Source: Pristiophorus japonicus
Lineage: Eukaryota
Assembly: GCF_044704955.1 (NCBI RefSeq)
Contig: NC_092003.1
Coordinates: forward strand, 7,812,001-7,876,000
Reading direction: 5' to 3'
DNA length: 64,000 nucleotides
This document shows, one piece after another, positions 37,185 to 49,621 of this stretch (within the stretch, counting starts at the first letter, position 1; every line of letters begins with the position of its first letter). The notes beneath the pieces were generated by a model. That model worked only from the letters and a program-made list of their open reading frames with translations. It was not told where the DNA came from and ran no database searches. The translations under genes were made by a program, and so were the position numbers.

Positions 37185-38382
37185 GGTACAGCACGGGGTT
37201 AGATACAGAGTAAAGCTCCCTCTACACTGTCCCATCAAACACTCCCAGGGCAGGTACAGCACGGGGTTAGATACAGAGTAAAGCTCCCTCTACACTGTCC
37301 CCATCAAACACTCCCAGGGCAGGTACAGGGGGTTAGATACAGAGTAAAGCTCCCTCTACACTGTCCCATCAAACACTCCCAGGGCAGGTACAGGGGGTTA
37401 GATACAGAGTAAAGCTCCCTCTACACTGTCCCATCAAACACTCCCAGGGCAGGTACAGCACGGGGTTAGATACAGAGTAACGCTCCCTCTACACTGTCCC
37501 ATCACACACTCCCAGGGCAGGTACAGCACGGGGTTAGATACAGAGTAACGCTCCCTCTACACTGTCCCATCAAACACTCCCAGGGCAGGTAAAGCACGGG
37601 GTTAGATACAGAGTAAAGCTCCCTCTACACTGTCCCATCAAACACTCCCAGGGCAGGTACAGCATGGGGTTAGATACAGAGTAAAGCTCCCTCTACACTG
37701 TCCCATCAAACACTCCCAGGGTAGGTACAGCATGGGGTTAGATACAGAGTAAAGCTCCCTCTACACTGTCCCATCACACAGTCCCAGGGCAGGTACAGGG
37801 GGTTAGATACAGAGTAAAGCTCCCTCTACACTGTCCCATCAAACACTCCCAGGGCAGGTACAGCACGGGGTTAGATACAGAGTAACGCTCCCTCTACACT
37901 GTCCCATCAAACACTCCCAGGGCAGGTACAGGGGGTTAGATACAGAGTAACGCTCCCTCTACACTGTCCCATCACACACTCCCAGGGCAGGTACAGCACG
38001 GGTTAGATACAGAGTAAAGCTCCCTCTACACTGTCCCGTCAAACACTCCCAGGGCAGGTACAGCACGGGGTTAGATACAGAGTAACGCTCCCTCTACACT
38101 GTCCCATCAAACACTCGCAGGGCAGGTACAGCACGGGGTTAGATACAGAGTAACGCTCCCTCTACACTGTCCCATCACACACTCCCGGGGCAGGTACAGC
38201 ACGGGGTTAGATACAGAGTAAAGCTCCCTCTGCACTGTCCCATCAAACACTCCCAGGGCAGGTACAGCATGGGGTTAGATACAGAGTAAAGCTCCCTCTA
38301 CACTGTCCCATCAAACACTCCCAGGGCAGGTATAGCACGGGGTTAGATACAGAGTAAAGCTCCCTCTACTCTGTCCCGTCAA
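37185..38382 (+). repeat. 68 bp tandem repeat array, ~18 units, in FIBP intron 2
   Basis: Same unit as 1100-1972. Confidence 0.95.
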
Positions 38383-38469
38383 GACCAGACCGGGTAAGGG
38401 CAGCAGATTTCCTTCCTGCAAGGGCACAAGTGAACCAGTTGTTGGTAGTCATTTCCATTGCAAGGAGAG

Positions 38470-38808
38470 AACGGTAGCACAGTGGTAATGTCACTGGACC
38501 AGTAATCCTGACCCTGGACCAGATGATCTGGAGACACCAGTTCAAATCCCACCACGGCAGCTGGGGAACTTAAATTTAGCAAATTAAATAAATCTGGAAT
38601 TAAAGGCGCGTGTTGGTAACGGTGAATGTGGAACTATAGGATTGTAAAAACACATCAGGTTCACTAATGTCGTTGTGGGAAGGAAATCGACCGCCCTTAA
38701 CCCGGCCTGGCCGACATGTGACTCTAGACCCTTAACTAACCCTGTGGAATGGCCTAGCGAGACAATTAAGGATGGGCACTAAATGCTAGCCTTGCCAATG
38801 AATAAAAA
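38470..38808 (+). mobile_element. tRNA-derived SINE (second family)
   Basis: A box TAGCACAGTGG and B box GTTCAAATC. Tail ATTAAGGATGGGCACTAAATGCT resembles the LINE at 27780. Confidence 0.6.
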
Positions 38809-38897
38809 TCTTGCCTGAACGAATGGAAAAGATTCCAGGGCTCCTAAGAAGCCCCCACAATTTTTTTTCCAATGCAATTTGGACTAGTTTTGCTTAC

Positions 38898-39096
38898 TTC
38901 TCGATCAGCATGGCCTGCATGGGTGGGGGGATCTGGAAGAGGAGCTGGTTGATGAGCTTGGGAGGACTGTGCAGCAGCCTCTCCAACATCTGGAAGGCGC
39001 GGTAATGGTCCATCGTGTCGCTCTCCAGGACGTCCGGGGTGGTGCCGGCCTGCTCCAATATCCCGCTCTGCACCCGGATTGCCACGGCATCGTTGA
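38898..39096 (-). CDS. FIBP: FIBP coding exon 2 (199 nt)
   Basis: Acceptor ttccacag|, donor |gtaagc. Peptide [16 protein letters not shown]...[23 protein letters not shown]...MLIEK. Confidence 0.97.
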
Positions 39097-39384
39097 CTGT
39101 GGAAGGAAGACACGGCAAACGGTGAGAGGCAGCCGAGAGAATTCCACCGCCTGATAATCGGCCGCGAGACTATCTCCTCCCCAAACAAGCCGTCGGCTGG
39201 TCAGGGATTACAACTGCTGAGTGTCTCCCAATCAAATCTAGCAGTGGGGAATGTTACCTCGGGGCAGGATGTGCGAGCGACAAGATTCTGTCCAGGTTAC
39301 GTTTCCATTGTGTGTTATCATGATCCTCGGAAACATCTAAAAGCTCTACCCAGTGCGTTATGTAGGGCCTCCAGTTACATAGAT

Positions 39385-40095
39385 GCTACTACCGTAACAT
39401 CGCCCGTCTCCGCCCCTGCCTCAGCTCATCCATTGCGGAAGACCTCATCTATTCCTTTCTTACCTCTGTACTTGACTATTCCAGCGCACTCCTGGCCGGC
39501 CTCCCACACCTGTACCCCACGTAAACTAGAGGTGATCCAAAACTCGGCTGCCCCCGTGTCCTAACTCGCACCAAGTCCCGCTCACCCATCACCCCCTGTG
39601 CTCGCTGACCCCGTGTCCTAACTCGCACCGAGTCCCGCTCACCCATCGCCCCCTGAGCTCGCTGCCCCCGTGTCCTAACTCGCACCGAGTCCCGCTCACC
39701 CATCACCCACTGCACCATGTCCTAACTCGCACCGAGTCCCGCTCACCCATCACCCCATGTGCTCACTGACCTACATTGGCTCCCGGTCCGGCAACGCATC
39801 AATTTCAAAATTCCCATCCTTGTTTACAAATCCCTCCATGGCCCCTCCCTATCTCTGTAATCTCCTCAAGTTCCACACAACACCACCCCCCCCCCCCCCC
39901 CCCCCCCCCGAGATCTCTGCGCTCCTCTAATTCTGCCCTCCTGACCATCCCTGATTATAATCGCTCCACCATCGGTGGCCGTGCCTTCAGCTGCCTGGGC
40001 CCCAAGCTCTGGAACTCCCTCCCTAAACCTCTCTATCTCTCTCCCTCTCTTTCTTCAAGACACTCCTTAAAACCTCCTTCTTTGACCAAGCTTTC
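39385..40095 (+). mobile_element. L2 LINE 3' fragment with 4 x ~56 bp internal repeat
   Basis: KLEVIQNSAA..LHWLPV..FKI..GGRAFS..PKLWNSLP. Confidence 0.8.
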
Positions 40096-40161
40096 TGTGC
40101 TGTACACTCGATGTTAAGTGAGCGGGAGACAGATAGAGGTTAAGTTATGACCTTTCTCAGG

Positions 40162-40508
40162 CAGGTTAAAGGTTAACACTCCGGGTACAGGTTAAAGGTT
40201 AACACTCCGGGTACAGGTTAAAGATTAGCACTCCTGCCGCAGGTTAAAGGTTAGCACTCCTGCCGCAGGTTAAAGGTGAACACTCCTGCCGCAGGTTAAA
40301 GGTGAACACTCCGGGTACAGGTTAAAGGTTAACACTCCGGGTACAGGTTAAAGGTTAACACTCCTGCCGCAGGTTAAAGGTTAACACTCCGGGTACAGGT
40401 TAAAGGTTAACACTCCTGCCGCAGGTTAAAGGTTAACACTCCTGCCGCAGGTTAAAGGTGAGCACTCCGGGTACAGGTTATAGGTGAACACTCCTGCCGC
40501 AGGTTAAA
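40162..40508. repeat. 26 bp minisatellite, 13 units, CAGGTTAAAGGTTAACACTCC(GGGTA/TGCCG), in FIBP intron 1
   Basis: Directly visible, with two interspersed unit variants. Confidence 0.9.
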
Positions 40509-40603
40509 AAAGATGAACATCGAAGACACGTTTCACCGTGCGGGCCCACGCGGACCGGATCACGGCTCGGTCAGCAAACGGCGGCCGTGCCTCAGCCCTT
40601 TAC

Positions 40604-40688
40604 CTGAATAGCCATCGAGCCAGAGCTGATACACGTCCTTGTCGATCAGCGTCGTGTTCCCCACAAACACGTCCAGCTCCACCGCCAT
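40604..40688 (-). CDS. FIBP: FIBP coding exon 1 (85 nt), [28 protein letters not shown]
   Basis: Kozak GCCATGG. Peptide matches the vertebrate FIBP N-terminus. Donor G|GTAAAG, phase 1, fits exon 2. Confidence 0.97.
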
Positions 40689-40842
40689 GGCCCAGCCTCT
40701 CTGGTCGTCCGTCACCGGGTCACCGCCCGCTGCGGCTGGGAATAAACTCCCTGCCTCACCCCTCACCCCCCGGGTCACCGCCCGCTGCGGCTCGCACACA
40801 CTACCGCGGCCCACCGCCAATACTGCCGGCTAATGACCCACT

Positions 40843-41345
40843 TCGCCCCTGTTGCTATGGGATTTTCCCCCCAGCTCCTGTTGCTATGGGAACAGCCCCC
40901 CAGCTCCTGTTGCTATGGGAACAGCCCCCCCCAGCTCCTGTTGCTATGGGATTTTCCCCCCAGCCCCTGTTGCTATGGGATTTTCCCCCCAGCTCCTGTT
41001 GTTATGGGAACAGCCCCCCCCAGCTCCTGTTGCTATGGGAAAGCCCCCCCCCAGCTCCTGTTGCTATGGGAACAGCCCCCCAGATCCTGTTGCTATGGGA
41101 ACAGCCCCCCAGCTCCTGTTGCTATGGGAACAGTCCCCCCCCAGCTCCTGTTGCTATGGGAACAGCCCCCCAGCCCCTGTTGCTATGGGAACAGCCCCCC
41201 AGCTCCTGTTGCTATGCGAACAGCCCCCCCCAGCTCCTGTTGCTATGGGAACAGCCCCCCAGCTCCTGTTGCTATGCGAACAGCCCCCCCAGCTCCTGTT
41301 GCTATGGGAACAGCCCCCCCTCAGCTCCTGTTGCTATGGGAACCC
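40843..41345. repeat. 29-31 bp minisatellite, 17 units, core CTGTTGCTATGGGAACAG (RFX X-box-like)
   Basis: Units counted directly. Ten carry an intact GTTGCTATGGGAAC. Confidence 0.9.
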
Positions 41346-41399
41346 TCTGTGCCGGGCTCCCGGGCCACAATCCTCCCCCTGGAGCCTGTGTGAATCTGA

Positions 41400-41580
41400 A
41401 AAACACCACAACAACCGGGAGTCCGTCCGGGTCAAAGCCGCCCGCCAATCAGAGAGGCGAATGTCGGGTGACCTCGCGCACTTTGCGTCAGTGGGCGGGA
41501 CCTTCCGGTGAGGGCGACCCAATAACAACGCAGCGGCCCAGGCGCGTCACCGCGCATGCTCCGTCCCGCCTGAGGGAGCG
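41400..41580. promoter_or_regulatory. CpG-rich core promoter upstream of FIBP
   Basis: CCAAT at 41445 and 41519, CRE-like TGCGTCA at 41484, GC box at 41493, ETS TTCCGG at 41503, NRF1-like CGCGCATGC at 41551. Confidence 0.65.
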
Positions 41581-41870
41581 GGACACGCCCCTAGCAACTG
41601 GACCCAGCCCCTAGCAACTGGGACACGCCCCTAGCAACTGGACACAGCCCCTATCAACTGGACACGCCCCTAGCAACTGGACTCATGCCCCTAGCAACTG
41701 GACCCAGCCCCTAACAACTGGACCCAGCCCCTAGCAACTGGGACACGCACCTAGCAACTGGATCCAGCCCCTAGCAACTGGGACACGCACCTAGCAACTG
41801 TCTAGCAACTGGACCCAACTCCATGCAACGGGGTCCAACCCTTAGCAACGGGACCAGTCCCTAGCAACGG
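41581..41870. repeat. ~20 bp minisatellite, ~15 units, core CCCTAGCAACTGG (RFX5/X1-like)
   Basis: Directly visible tandem units. Confidence 0.9.
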
Positions 41871-42129
41871 GAGAAACTTCCTTGCTTGCTGGCCCAACGA
41901 TTAAGGGGAAGGAAGCCGGCGGCCCCCGACTCAGGGCGATACAACAGGAACCGAAACAAAGACTTGGCGGGAAACGTTATCAAATCAAACCCGCACCCTG
42001 CCGCCCTCCAGCCCTTCCGCCAGCTCCGTCCCCGGGGACACGGAGCCCCGGGTGGGCCTGTTGGCATCATGCGGCCCAGCGGGCCTGTGCCGGCCCTGTG
42101 AACGGGCGATCCCGTCAGTCCCACACTCC

Positions 42130-42969
42130 CTTTGGGCCCAGGGACTCCCAGGTGTCGGTGGGGGATGTTGCACTTTATCAGGGAGGCTTTGAGGGTGGTC
42201 CCTTGTAACGTTCCCTCTGCCCACCTTTGGCTCGTTGGCCCGTGAAGGAGTTCCGAGTAGAGCGCTCGCTTTGGGAGTCTCGTGTCTGGGGGACATGCGG
42301 ACAATGTGGCCCTGCCCAGCGGAGCTGGTCGAGTGTGTGGTCAGTGCTTCGATGCTGGGGATGTTGGCCTGGTCGAGGACGCTAACGTTGGTGCGTCTGT
42401 CCTCCCGGGGGATTTGTAGGATCTTGCGGAGACATCGCTGGTGGTATTTCTCCAGCGTCTTGAGGGGTCTACTGTACATGGTCCATGTACTCTGAGCCAT
42501 ACAGGAGGGCGGGTATCACTATGTAGAAAGGTGATTTTTCCCCGTTGCCTCCCCCCCCACCGCCTCCCCTTTCTAACACACGAGCATCAGAACGTAAGAA
42601 ATAGGAGCAGGAGTCGGCCATTTAGCCCCTCGAGCCTGCTCCGCCATTCAATAAGCTCATGGCTGATCTGTATTCACTGAAGTATATGAAATCATGGACC
42701 TTACAATAAACATCCGTAAGACAAAGGTCCTCCACCAGCCTGTCCTCGCCATACAGCACTGACCCCTCCCCCAGTCATCAAGATCCACGGTGCGGCCCTG
42801 GACAATGTGGACCATTTCCCATACCTCGGGAGCCTTCTGTCAACAAGGGCTGACATTGACGACGAGATCCAACACCGCCTCCAGTGCGCCAGTGCAGCCT
42901 TCGGCCGCCTGAGGAAAAGAGTGTTTGAAGACCAGGCCCTCAAACCCACCACCAGGCTCATGGTCTACA
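42130..42969. mobile_element. RTE fragments in opposite orientation (minus 42130-42527; plus 42690-42969)
   Basis: HFPYLGS..IDDEIQHRLQCASAAFGRL on plus, and IPALLYGSE..YHQRCLRKIL on minus. Confidence 0.8.
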
Positions 42970-44251
42970 GGAAGAATGAGAGGTGATCTTATCGAAACGT
43001 ATAAGATTATGAGGGGGCTTGACAAGGTGGATGCAGAGAGGATGTTTCCACTGATGGGGGAGACTAGAACTAGGGGGCACGATCTTAGAATAAGGGGCCG
43101 CCCATTTAAAACTGAAATGAGGAGGAATTTCTTCTCTCAGAGGGTTGTAAATCTGTGGAATTCGCTGCCTCAGAGAGCTGTGGACGCCGGGACATTGAAT
43201 AAATTTAAGTTGGAGATTGATTTTTGAGCAATAAGGGGATAAGGGGTTATGGGGAGCGGGCGGGGAAGTGGAGCTGAGTCCATGATCGGAGCTGCCATGA
43301 TCGTATTGAATGGCGGAGCAGGCTCGAGGGGTTGTATGGCCTACTCCTGCTCCTATTTCTTGTGTTCTTATGACGAGCGGGCATCAGGTAAAGATTAGAG
43401 CCAGACCTTTCAGGAGTGAAGTTGGGAAACATTTTTACACACAAAGAGGTTTGGAACTCTCTTCCGCAAACGGCCATTGGCGCTGGGGGTCAATTGTTAA
43501 TTGTAAATCGGAGTTAAATCTTGTTAGCCGAAGGTATTAAGGGATATGGGGTGATATATGGAGTTCCGGGGACGAGGGACTGCAGTTACGTGGAGAGACT
43601 GGAGAAGCTAGGCTTGTTCTCCTCGGAGCAGAGAAGGCTGAGAGGAGATTTGGTCGAGGTGTTCAAAACCACGAGGGATCTGAGAGTAGAGAGAGAGAAG
43701 CTGTTCCCAAGTGGGGGAAGGGTCGAGGACCAGAGGGACACACGGATTTAAGGTGATATGGGGCAAAGGCGGGTGGATGGAGTTAGGCCACAGATCAGCC
43801 GTGGTCTGCTTGAGTGACGGAGCAGGCTTGAGGGGGGCTCCTGCTCCTGTGCATCAGGGCGTCACTGCCAATGCTGCCAGAGCGGGCGTCTGCCTGGCCA
43901 ATCGGTCACCGCCGGCCGTGGTGGGTTCCTGCAAACTGCTCCGGCCTCCAGCCCCTCCAATCCAACAAATGAAATGGTCCACTCCACATCGTAACCGCGT
44001 CCCCTCCCCCCAGCCCCTGGGGCGGCCCCACCCGAGAATAAGCCCTCACCAATATGCGCACAACTCTTCCAAGTGACCCGCGCTGAAATTTCCCAATTGC
44101 AGAAAGAAAGAAAGACTTGCATTGATATAGCGCCTATCGCGGCCTCAAGATGGCCCCAAAGCGCTTCACAGGCCAGCTACAACAACAACAACAACCTGTA
44201 TTTATATAGCGCCTTTAACGTGGCGAAACGCCCCAAGGCGCTTCACAGGAG

Positions 44252-45640
44252 TGTTATTGTTTAGCCGTGAATAAAGCGTCAGACTAGATACTGCAAGCCC
44301 CACGTAAGGTGTGACCGTAGTCCCTTTATTACAGGTCTCAGAGTGCCTCTCCAGCCTATGAGGCCTCCTTATATACAGGTGCTCCCAAGGGATTGTGGGA
44401 TCCCATGGGACTCCAGGGGAAGAGCCCTCTGGTGGTTAGACATGGTATTTACAGGTTTACATACATAACAACACTCCCCACCCCCCCCCAAAAGTCAATA
44501 GTGTAACTATTTACAACGCGAGTCGATCTGGGGCCTTCCTTTCCCTGGTTGATCATCTCGGTGCAAATGCTGGTGTTGGTGAGTCGTTTGTTGGGCCCTC
44601 GCTGGGCTGCTGCGCAGTTGGCCTTGCTGGGCTGCTGGGGGTGGAGTCCTGCTGGGCTGCTGCGGGTGATGGGTTCTGCTTCGTGGTCAACCGCTGGGTC
44701 GGTTGCCACTTGTGTGTGTGTTGGAGGGTCGAAAAAGGTAGAGTCTATTGTGGGTTGTTCTGGATAGTCCGTAAATCTGAGTTGGGTTTGGTCCAAGTGT
44801 TTCCTGCAGGTGAGCCCATTTGAGAGTTTGACCACAAACATCCTACTCCCCTCTTTGGCCAAAACAGTGCCAGGAAGCCACTTGGGGCCTCGTCCATAGT
44901 TCAACACAAATACAGGATCATTTGTTACAATTTTGCGTGACACATTTGCGCGATCATGATATGTATTCTGTTGAAGCCGCCTGCTCTCTACCTGTTCGTG
45001 TAGATCAGGGTGGAATAACGAGAGCCTTGTCTTAAGTGCCCTTTTCATGAGGAAGGAACCCCAGTGAGGGAGTGGGGTCTTGTGCGGTAACTAAGCAGGA
45101 CTCGGGATAAGCGAGTCTGCAGTGAGCCTTCAGCTACTCTTTTAAAACTCTGCTTGATTGTTTGAACTGCTCATTCTGCCTGACCGTTGGACGCTGGTTT
45201 AAACGGGGCAGACATGACATGTTTGATCCCATTGCGGGTCATGAACTCCTTGAACTCGGCACTGGTAAAGCACAGCCCATTGTCACTCACAAGGACATCA
45301 GGCAGGCCGCGCGTGGCAAACATGGCCCGTAGGCTTTAAATGGTGGCAGCGGACGTGCTTGCCGGCATTATCTCACATTCAATCCATTTGGAGTACGCAT
45401 CTACAAACACTAAGAACATTTTTCCCAAGAACGGGCCTGCATAGTCGACATGGACCCTAGACCACGGTTTGGAGGGCCAGGACCATAAACTTAGTGGCGC
45501 CTCCCTGGGTGCATTGCTTAACTGGGAACATGTATTACATTTGTGCATGTAGGACTCTAAGTCTGCATCGATACTGGGCCACCACACGTGGAATCTGGCT
45601 ATCGCTTTCATCATTACGATGCCTGGGTGGGTGCTGTGGA
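44252..45640 (-). mobile_element. Truncated Ty3/Gypsy LTR retrotransposon: integrase, PPT and 3' LTR (44252-44470)
   Basis: HHCC motif (HSTHPGI..VWWP..CNTC), PWSRVHVDYAGP, VSDNG and SNGQAE, with stops. The LTR is bounded by TGTTAT/ATAACA and preceded by a G-rich PPT. Confidence 0.9.
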
Positions 45641-46560
45641 GATCAGAGCTTGGGGCCCTGGCAGCTGAAGGCACGGCCACCGATGGTGGAGCGATTATAA
45701 TCAGGGATGTTCAAGAGGGCAGAATTGGAGGAGCGTAAATATCCCAGGGGGTTGTGGGGCTGGAGGAGATTACAGAGATAGGGAGGGGCGAGGGCCATGG
45801 AGGGATTTGTAAACAAGGATGAGAATTTTGAAATCGAGGCGTTGCTTAACCGGGAGCGAGCGCGGGGGGGTGATGGGTGAGTGGGACTTGGTGCGAGTTA
45901 GGACACGGGGCAGTGAGCACAGGGAGTGATGGGTGAGCGGGACTTGGTGTGAGTTAGGACACGGGGCAGCGAGCACAGGGGGTGATGGGTGAGCGGGACT
46001 CGGTGCGAGTTAGGACACGGAGCAGTGAGCACAGGGGGTGATGGGTGAGCGGGACTCGGTGCGAGTTAGACACAGGGGCAGCGAGCACAGGGGGTGATGG
46101 GTGAGCGGGACTCGGTGCGAGTTAGGACAAGGGGCAGCGAGCACAGGGGGTGATGGGTGAGCGGGACTCGGTGCGAGTTAGGACACTGGGGCAGTGAGCA
46201 CAGGGGTTGATGGATGAGCAGGACTCGGTGCGAGTTAGGACACGGGGCAGTGAGCACAGGGGGTGATGGGTGAACGGGACTCGGTGCGAGTTAGGACACG
46301 GGGGCAGCGAGCACAGGGGGTGATGGGTGAGCGGGACTTGGTGCGAGTTAGGACACGGGGGGCAGCTGAGTTTTGGATCACCTCTAGTTTACGTGGAGTA
46401 GAATGTGGGAGGCCGGCCAGGAGTGCGTTGGAATAGTCAAGTCTGGAGGTAACAAAGGCACGGATGAGGGCTTCAGCAGCGGATGAGCTGAGGCAGGGGG
46501 CGGAGACGGGCGAGGTTACGGAGGTGGAAATAGGCGGGTTTAGTTATGCTGCGGATATGT
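45641..46560 (-). mobile_element. L2 3' fragment with ~9 x 56 bp expansion; its tail lies at 44180-44251
   Basis: Same L2 peptide and repeat unit as 39385-40095. Confidence 0.8.
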
Positions 46561-48539
46561 GGCTATAATTTCTACTTATGTGGCTCAGTGTTAAATGTTT
46601 ATCGCATAACGCTCCTGTGAAGCATCGTGGGACGTTTTGCCACATTGAAGGCGCTATATAAATACAGGTTGTTGTATTTCACCCAGGGGACTTATTTCAG
46701 TGATGGGGGGTGGGTTAGGATTTTCTGCCAATTCCAGGCTGACTAGCAAGGGTGCCTTTGTAATCCATGTCTGGTGCTCACCTCAAATAAGAAAGAAAGA
46801 CTTGAATTTGTATAGCGCCTTTCACGACCAAAGCGCTTTGCAGCCAACGACGTACTTTCTCGAAGTGCGGTCGCTGTTGTAACGTGGGAAACGCGGCAGA
46901 CAATTTGCGCACAGCAAGCTCCCACAAACGGCAATGTGATAATGACCCAGATCATCTGTGTGTGTGTGTGTGGGGGGGGGGGAGGGGGGGTTCATAGTCA
47001 GTCCCTCGAACAAGGATCACAGTCTAAGGATAAGGGGTAAGCCATTTCAGGACCGAGATGAGGAGAAACTTCTTCACTCAGAGAGTGGTGAACCTGTGGA
47101 ATTCTCGACCGCAGAGAGTTGTTGAGGCCAGTTCGTTGGATATATTCAAAAGGGAGTTAGATGTGGCCCTTACGGCTGAAAGGATCAAGGGGTATGGCGA
47201 GAAAGCAGGAAAAGGGGTACTGAAGTTGCCATGATCAGCCATGATCGTATTGAACGGTGGTGCAGGCTCGAAGGGCCGAATGGCCTGCTCCTGCACCTAT
47301 TGTCTATACGTTCAGAGATGTTTTACCGAGGTTGCAGTCCTGAACTCCAATTGAAGGGGTTGGAAGATGGATTTTTTTAATGTGCGGCAGGGGGTTGGTT
47401 AATGTTATGTTGATTGAGGGATTAAATATTTGGCCTCAGGACACCGGGCAGAACTCCCCCCAGCCTGCATCCTTGATCTTCCAAATCGTGGCCATGTGAT
47501 CTTTTACATCCACCGGTGGAAAGATATAACTAGAGAGAGGAGAGAGAGCAGTGTTGGACTGATTTCTGGGCGTCACAGTCCCTCCCCACCTCTCCAGTGC
47601 TGTGTTGCCTTGTGAAAGAGCGCTGAGGGGGACAAGAGGCTTTCATGGCTGAGATGAGAGCAGGAAGGATGTGCAGTATTGTTCTAGCGGGGGATCAGCA
47701 GTTGACGTAAGGTCTATTTTTTTTCTCCCCCCCTCTCTCTCTCGCTCTCTCTCTCGCTCTTCATTGAAACAGAAGCGAGCTGCAAAGCCGGAGAGAGAAT
47801 TACAGCTGCCTTGGCAGCGCCTGGCTAACCCTTTTGATTCAGGCTTCAATCCCCTCCCCACCCCTCCAGCCAAGAGGACCTCCAAGATTTCTCTGCCCGC
47901 TTGCTGCGGATGCCCGAGATGATTGCAGCCCCTGTGAGACGTTGGAATTAAAAACTCTTTTTGTATTTTTGCGAGAGGAAAGATTGTTCAAGAAAAAGCA
48001 AGAGGAATTGTGCCAGCGGGAGAGAGAGAGAGAGAAAGACCGTTGTTTTTGGCAGTCTGCGTGCAGAGATAAGGCAGCCGAGGAGGTCTGCAGGAGGAGT
48101 TCGGACGGAGCGAGGTGTCTGGGGAGAGGAGAGAGGGTCTCTGTCTCTCTCTCTGGGAGAAAAGGCAGCCGAGGAGATCTGCAGGAGGAGTTCGGACGGA
48201 GCGAGGTGTCGGGGGAGAGGAGGAGGCGGGGGTCTCTCGCTCTCTCATCAGAACATAAGAATTGGGAGCAGGTCATCGAGCCCCTCCAGCCCGCTCCGCC
48301 ACTCAACAAGATCGCGGCTGATCCGGCCGTGGACTCAGCTCCGCTTACCCGCCCGCTCCCCGTAATTAACCTTATTGGTTCAAAATCGATCGGATCTGTG
48401 ACTCGAACGCATTCAATGAGCTAGCCTCGACTGCGTCCCTTGGGCAGAGAATTCCACAGATCCGCAACCCGCTGGGAGACTCTCTGGGAGAAAAGGCAGC
48501 AGCCGAGGAGAGATCTGCGGGAGGAGTTTGGACGGGGCG

Positions 48540-49590
48540 AGGTGTCGGGGGAGAGAGGAGGAGAGAGGAGGAGGGGGATAGAGGAGGAGGAGGAGGAGGA
48601 GGGGGATAGAGGAGGAGGAGGGGGATAGAGGAGGAGGAGGAGGGGGATAGAGGAGGGGGAGAGAGGAGGAGGAGAGAGGAGGGGGGATAGAGGAGGAGGA
48701 GGAGGAGGGGGATAGAGGAGGAGGAGGAGGAGGAGGAGGAGGAGGGGGATAGAGGAGGAGGAGGAGGAGGGGGATAGAGGAGGAGGAGGAGGAGGGGGAT
48801 AGAGGAGGAGGAGAGAGGAGAGGAGGCGGAGGAGGAGGGAGGAGGAGGAGTGGGAGAGAGGAGGAGGAGGGAGGAGAGAGGAGGGGGACAGGAACAGGAG
48901 GGGGAGAGAGGAGGGGGACAGGAACAGGAGGGGGAGAGAGGAGGGNNNNNNNNNNNNNNNNNNNNNNNNNNNNNNNNNNNNNNNNNNNNNNNNNNNNNNN
49001 NNNNNNNNNNNNNNNNNNNNNNNNNNNNNNNNNNNNNNNNNNNNNNNNNNNNNNNNNNNNNNNNNNNNNNNNNNNNNNNNNNNNNNNNNNNNNNNNNNNN
49101 NNNNNNNNNNNNNNGAGGGAGGAGAGAGGAGGGGGAGGGAGGAGAGAGGAGGGGGAGGGAGGAGAGGAGGGGGACAGGNNNNNNNNNNNNNNNNNNNNNN
49201 NNNNNNNNNNNNNNNNNNNNNNNNNNNNNNNNNNNNNNNNNNNNNNNNNNNNNNNNNNNNNNNNNNNNNNNNNNNNNNNNNNNNNNNNNNNNNNNNNNNN
49301 NNNNNNNNNNNNNNNNNNNNNNNNNNNNNNNNNNNNNNNNNNNNNNNNNNNNNNNNNNNNNNNNNNNNNNNNNNNNNNNNNNNNNNNNNNNNNNNNNNNN
49401 NNNNNNNNNNNNNNNNNNNNNNNNNNNNNNNNNNNNNNNNNNNNNNNNNNNNNNNNNNNNNNNNNNNNNNNNNNNNNNNNNNNNNNNNNNNNNNNNNNNN
49501 NNNGGAACAGGAGGAGGAGGGGGAAGGGGGAGGGGGGAGAGAGGAGGGGGACAGGAGGAGGGAGGAGGAGGGAGGAGGAGGAGGAGGGGG
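48540..49590. repeat. ~1 kb polypurine (GGA/GA) tract directly upstream of the CCDC85B ATG, partly N
   Basis: Directly visible. Confidence 0.9.
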
Positions 49591-49621
49591 TCTCTCGCTC
49601 TCTCTGGGGGGCAGGCGGACG

